Shown here: in pieces, positions 61,485 to 64,000 of the stretch
Position numbering within the stretch: the first letter of the stretch is position 1
How the letters are laid out: each line of letters opens with the position of its first letter
Origin: a virus
Virus record (IMG/VR): IMGVR_UViG_3300024520_000049
Coordinates: 126,499 to 190,498 of that record
Strand: one strand, 5' to 3'
Length of the DNA stretch: 64,000 nucleotides
Made by a program: the position numbers and the translations under genes
The notes under the pieces: model-generated
What the model was told of the DNA's origin: nothing
Database searches by the model: none
The model's input: the letters and a program-made list of their open reading frames with translations, nothing else

Positions 61485-61898
61485 ATGTCTACAATCCCAA
61501 CAGCGTCACCGGAAGAGCTCGAGATCTTCCTCAAGTCCGCTGAGGAGCGTTTCGCTGAGCTGGGGATTGACCCGGCCCGAGCCGCCCAGCTATTCGACAC
61601 CCAACTCAACAAACTGGCCGGCGAAGTATTCGGCAAAGACGTTGAAGTTGCCCCCACCAAGCAAGCTGAGCAAGTCGATCCAGATGAAGTGGTTTACAAA
61701 GCCGCCATGGACCGTATGTTTGAGCTTGGCGTCCCAAAGGCCGACGCTGATGCGTGCCTGGCCAGTTTCGCAGAGCGCACAGCACAAGCGGCCCGCCTGC
61801 GAGAAGGTGCAACCCATCTATCCGCCCATAACAGTCAACCCAGTGAGAAAGTCGCCAACTTCGTCAAGAAGGCCACGGCTGTTCTCGCTAAGAAGTAA
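61485..61898 (+). CDS. hypothetical protein rich in KxA motifs
   Basis: AAGGAG site; KSA, KLA, KQA, KAA, KVA. Confidence 0.65.
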   Translation: MSTIPTASPEELEIFLKSAEERFAELGIDPARAAQLFDTQLNKLAGEVFGKDVEVAPTKQAEQVDPDEVVYKAAMDRMFELGVPKADADACLASFAERTAQAARLREGATHLSAHNSQPSEKVANFVKKATAVLAKK

Positions 61899-61910
61899 CG
61901 GAGAACGAAG

Positions 61911-62702
61911 ATGAGAATCATCAACAAACGTACCTGTCCGTGCTTTTTCCCCTACGCGGGAAGTAAGCGTCGTGGTGTGAACCTGGAAGTGGGCGGGGTA
62001 TCTCCCGACTTTCCATTGGACCGCATCAATGTGTCTCAGCTGAAGCTTGATCTGGCCAGCGGCTACATCAAGCTTGTACTGTCTGACGACGACAAAGAGC
62101 GCCTTTCTGGCAATGTGTCAAATGACGTGCTCAAGTCCTCTATATCTCCAGATGAGGTTGGAGTGGAAGCCGCTCCCGCGCCACCCTCAGCTCCCGCACC
62201 AGCCCCGACATCCGCGCCTTCTGCAGATGATCCCACTATGGTGATCACTAAGGAGGGGGGCGACGTGGATAAGGTAGACGCTGTTGTTGAGGAGCACATT
62301 GCTCGCATCAAGATGCTGACACCCGATGCCCGTGCAGATGAGCTGCTTAAGCTCGATCCAGACACGGCCAAGAAGGTTGTTGAAGCACTTGGCACTGCCG
62401 ATGAAGTTCCCACCGATGAAGTTGTCAAAGACGACGAAGTCGTTGAGGACGAAGTCGTTGAGGACGAAGTCGTTGAGGACGAAGAGGTTGAGGATGAAGA
62501 GGTTGAGAACGACACTCCTGAAGAGGACGTCGTTGTCGATGAGCTAGCGTCAGAGGTTGACCTGGACGCCTATAAGAAGTGGAAGACACCTCGGACTATC
62601 GAGGAGCTGAACACTCGCGGCATCGACTTTGAACCTGCAGCGGAGTTGAAGACGCTCAAAAAGCTGTTACTTGACGATGACCTCTCAAAGGCTGCCAATT
62701 AA
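61911..62702 (+). CDS. acidic low-complexity protein
   Basis: 263 aa with PA-rich and DEVVE tracts. Confidence 0.75.
   Translation: MRIINKRTCPCFFPYAGSKRRGVNLEVGGVSPDFPLDRINVSQLKLDLASGYIKLVLSDDDKERLSGNVSNDVLKSSISPDEVGVEAAPAPPSAPAPAPTSAPSADDPTMVITKEGGDVDKVDAVVEEHIARIKMLTPDARADELLKLDPDTAKKVVEALGTADEVPTDEVVKDDEVVEDEVVEDEVVEDEEVEDEEVENDTPEEDVVVDELASEVDLDAYKKWKTPRTIEELNTRGIDFEPAAELKTLKKLLLDDDLSKAAN
62433..62507 (+). repeat. 15-bp coding tandem repeat (x5)
   Basis: gacgaagtcgttgag x3 plus 2 variants. Confidence 0.85.
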
Positions 62703-62721
62703 GCAGCCTTAGGAGGCACAA

Positions 62722-63390
62722 GTGAATCACGAAACGCTCGCAAAGCATGTAGTGCCATCAGCAAATGCCGACGGCACTCAAGCGACACCGAGGAAGAGGC
62801 GTCCCCCTCGCACAGGGCAACCTGCCCAAGTGTGGTCACCCGCACAGGCGCAGGCAGCCTTATCTGGAGACCTCCCGGGTCGGGGGGCTCATCAAGAACC
62901 CACGGATGTTTTTGAACGTGAGGAGGTGGATGTGTTTAATCCGCAAACTCCACAGGAGCGGTTGCACGCTCTACCCAAGGTGGTCGCAGAAGCGACCATA
63001 CCCGTAGAGAAGACTGCCCAACTCCAAAACCAACCAACCACACCCCAGGCCCCGACACCGGCAAGGGCACCCGTCGTGCCGGTGCGCAGCCCTGCAGATA
63101 ATTTTCTGCAACAGTCGCAACGAATGACCATCGAGGTGAATGACGGCACGTTCCTGCTGCCGATCATCTCAGCGAAGCAGTCCCAATACGGGATCATATT
63201 GTTTCTGCCAATGGCCGCAGAGAGTACGCTGTTCTTGCCCAAGCCGGGTACAGAGATGGTAATCACCTGCCGGATTGATGGGCAGCAGCAGTCTCGTCGG
63301 GTATATTACCCTGGAACCTACGCTGAAGTTCCTGAACTTTCAGTAATTGTAATGAGTTTAATAGTGGCGGAAGATGATGGAAAAGCGTAA
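62722..63390 (+). CDS. hypothetical protein
   Basis: AGGAGG site then GTG. Confidence 0.7.
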   Translation: MNHETLAKHVVPSANADGTQATPRKRRPPRTGQPAQVWSPAQAQAALSGDLPGRGAHQEPTDVFEREEVDVFNPQTPQERLHALPKVVAEATIPVEKTAQLQNQPTTPQAPTPARAPVVPVRSPADNFLQQSQRMTIEVNDGTFLLPIISAKQSQYGIILFLPMAAESTLFLPKPGTEMVITCRIDGQQQSRRVYYPGTYAEVPELSVIVMSLIVAEDDGKA

Positions 63391-63559
63391 CGTACATGAG
63401 AAGGGCCGCACCCCAGACGGACGGACGAAGATGGCCGATGTGATCGAGGCAGGGGCGTCTACCTTCATAGAGAAGGACGGGAAGGCGAAGCCCTCCAAGT
63501 GCTCGAAGTGCCAAGCGCGCCAAAAGACACTGCCCGCTGAAAAGACGGTTAATAGCTAA
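63377..63559 (+). CDS. small hypothetical protein
   Basis: MEKRNVHEKGRTP; CxxC. Confidence 0.55.
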   Translation: MEKRNVHEKGRTPDGRTKMADVIEAGASTFIEKDGKAKPSKCSKCQARQKTLPAEKTVNS

Positions 63560-63601
63560 ATAGCCTGTAGCAAGGCTGTTACAGATTACGGAGAATATGT
63601 C

Positions 63602-64000
63602 ATGCCAGACATGGAAAAATTTGCGGAGGGTTTCGTAGCACACTGCGAGTCCCACGGGCTGGACCCGGAAAAAACCTTGATGAAGATGGCTCAAATGACC
63701 TCGGACGCTGATCAGAACTCCACATGGGAGGGGGTGAAAGAGTTCGGAAGAAACATCCCCATGTTCAGCGGGCTGATGGGCGGCGGTGAGGGGGCGATGG
63801 GTCGTGACAGGAGTCAGCCTATTGGGCACCAGATCGGCCAAGGTATTGGCGGATTCCTGCGTGGGGCCGCCCGGCCCTTCCAGAATGCCGGCAACTTCTT
63901 CTCGAACATAGCTGAAGGCACCGGCCTCGGTGGCGGGCAGCAGATGCGCGATTTGCAGTCCACACAGAACTCGCGACTGCAGGAGCTCTTGGAGCAATCT
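63602..64000 (+). CDS. Gly-rich protein running off the window end
   Basis: MPDMEKFAEGFVAHCESHGLDPEKTLMKMAQ..., open to the end; GGAG site. Confidence 0.65.
   Translation, partial: MPDMEKFAEGFVAHCESHGLDPEKTLMKMAQMTSDADQNSTWEGVKEFGRNIPMFSGLMGGGEGAMGRDRSQPIGHQIGQGIGGFLRGAARPFQNAGNFFSNIAEGTGLGGGQQMRDLQSTQNSRLQELLEQS

Noticed and set aside
63263-63997. 244-aa minus-strand ORF
   Set aside because: It is antisense to plausible + strand genes with ribosome sites (63377, 63602).

Overview
This window looks like part of a large (jumbo-type) bacteriophage genome. Genes are almost all on the + strand, tightly packed and translationally coupled (ATGA/TGATG overlaps, GGAGG ribosome sites), and most are orphans. 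No capsid, terminase, integrase, reverse transcriptase or Cas gene is visible. Recognisable genes: a GP88-like protein, a DUF115/MAF-like protein, a Bro-N protein, a lysozyme-like protein, thyA, an AAA_33 P-loop kinase, a nine-gene glycosyl/sulfo/acetyl/methyl-transferase cluster (50.2-59.0 kb), a stand-alone receiver domain and probable virion proteins (LamG-like, beta-helix). Three unusual structures stand out. (1) About 60 paralogous mini-genes of roughly 60-70 aa (start MKL/MISV, end near DQLEED) form tandem arrays of roughly 190-bp units; the largest array lies between a DUF6745 gene and its usual small partner gene, and the youngest members are built from a 12-nt QVWD microsatellite. (2) A non-coding island at 7.2-8.8 kb holds iteron-like repeats, a long palindrome, two CCA-ending tRNA-shaped RNAs with no usable anticodon arm, and a multi-hairpin RNA. 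(3) Three to four tandem zinc-finger genes carry variable (R)xANxTPEQ repeat arrays between constant ends. All family assignments come from motif recognition by eye; no database search was run.
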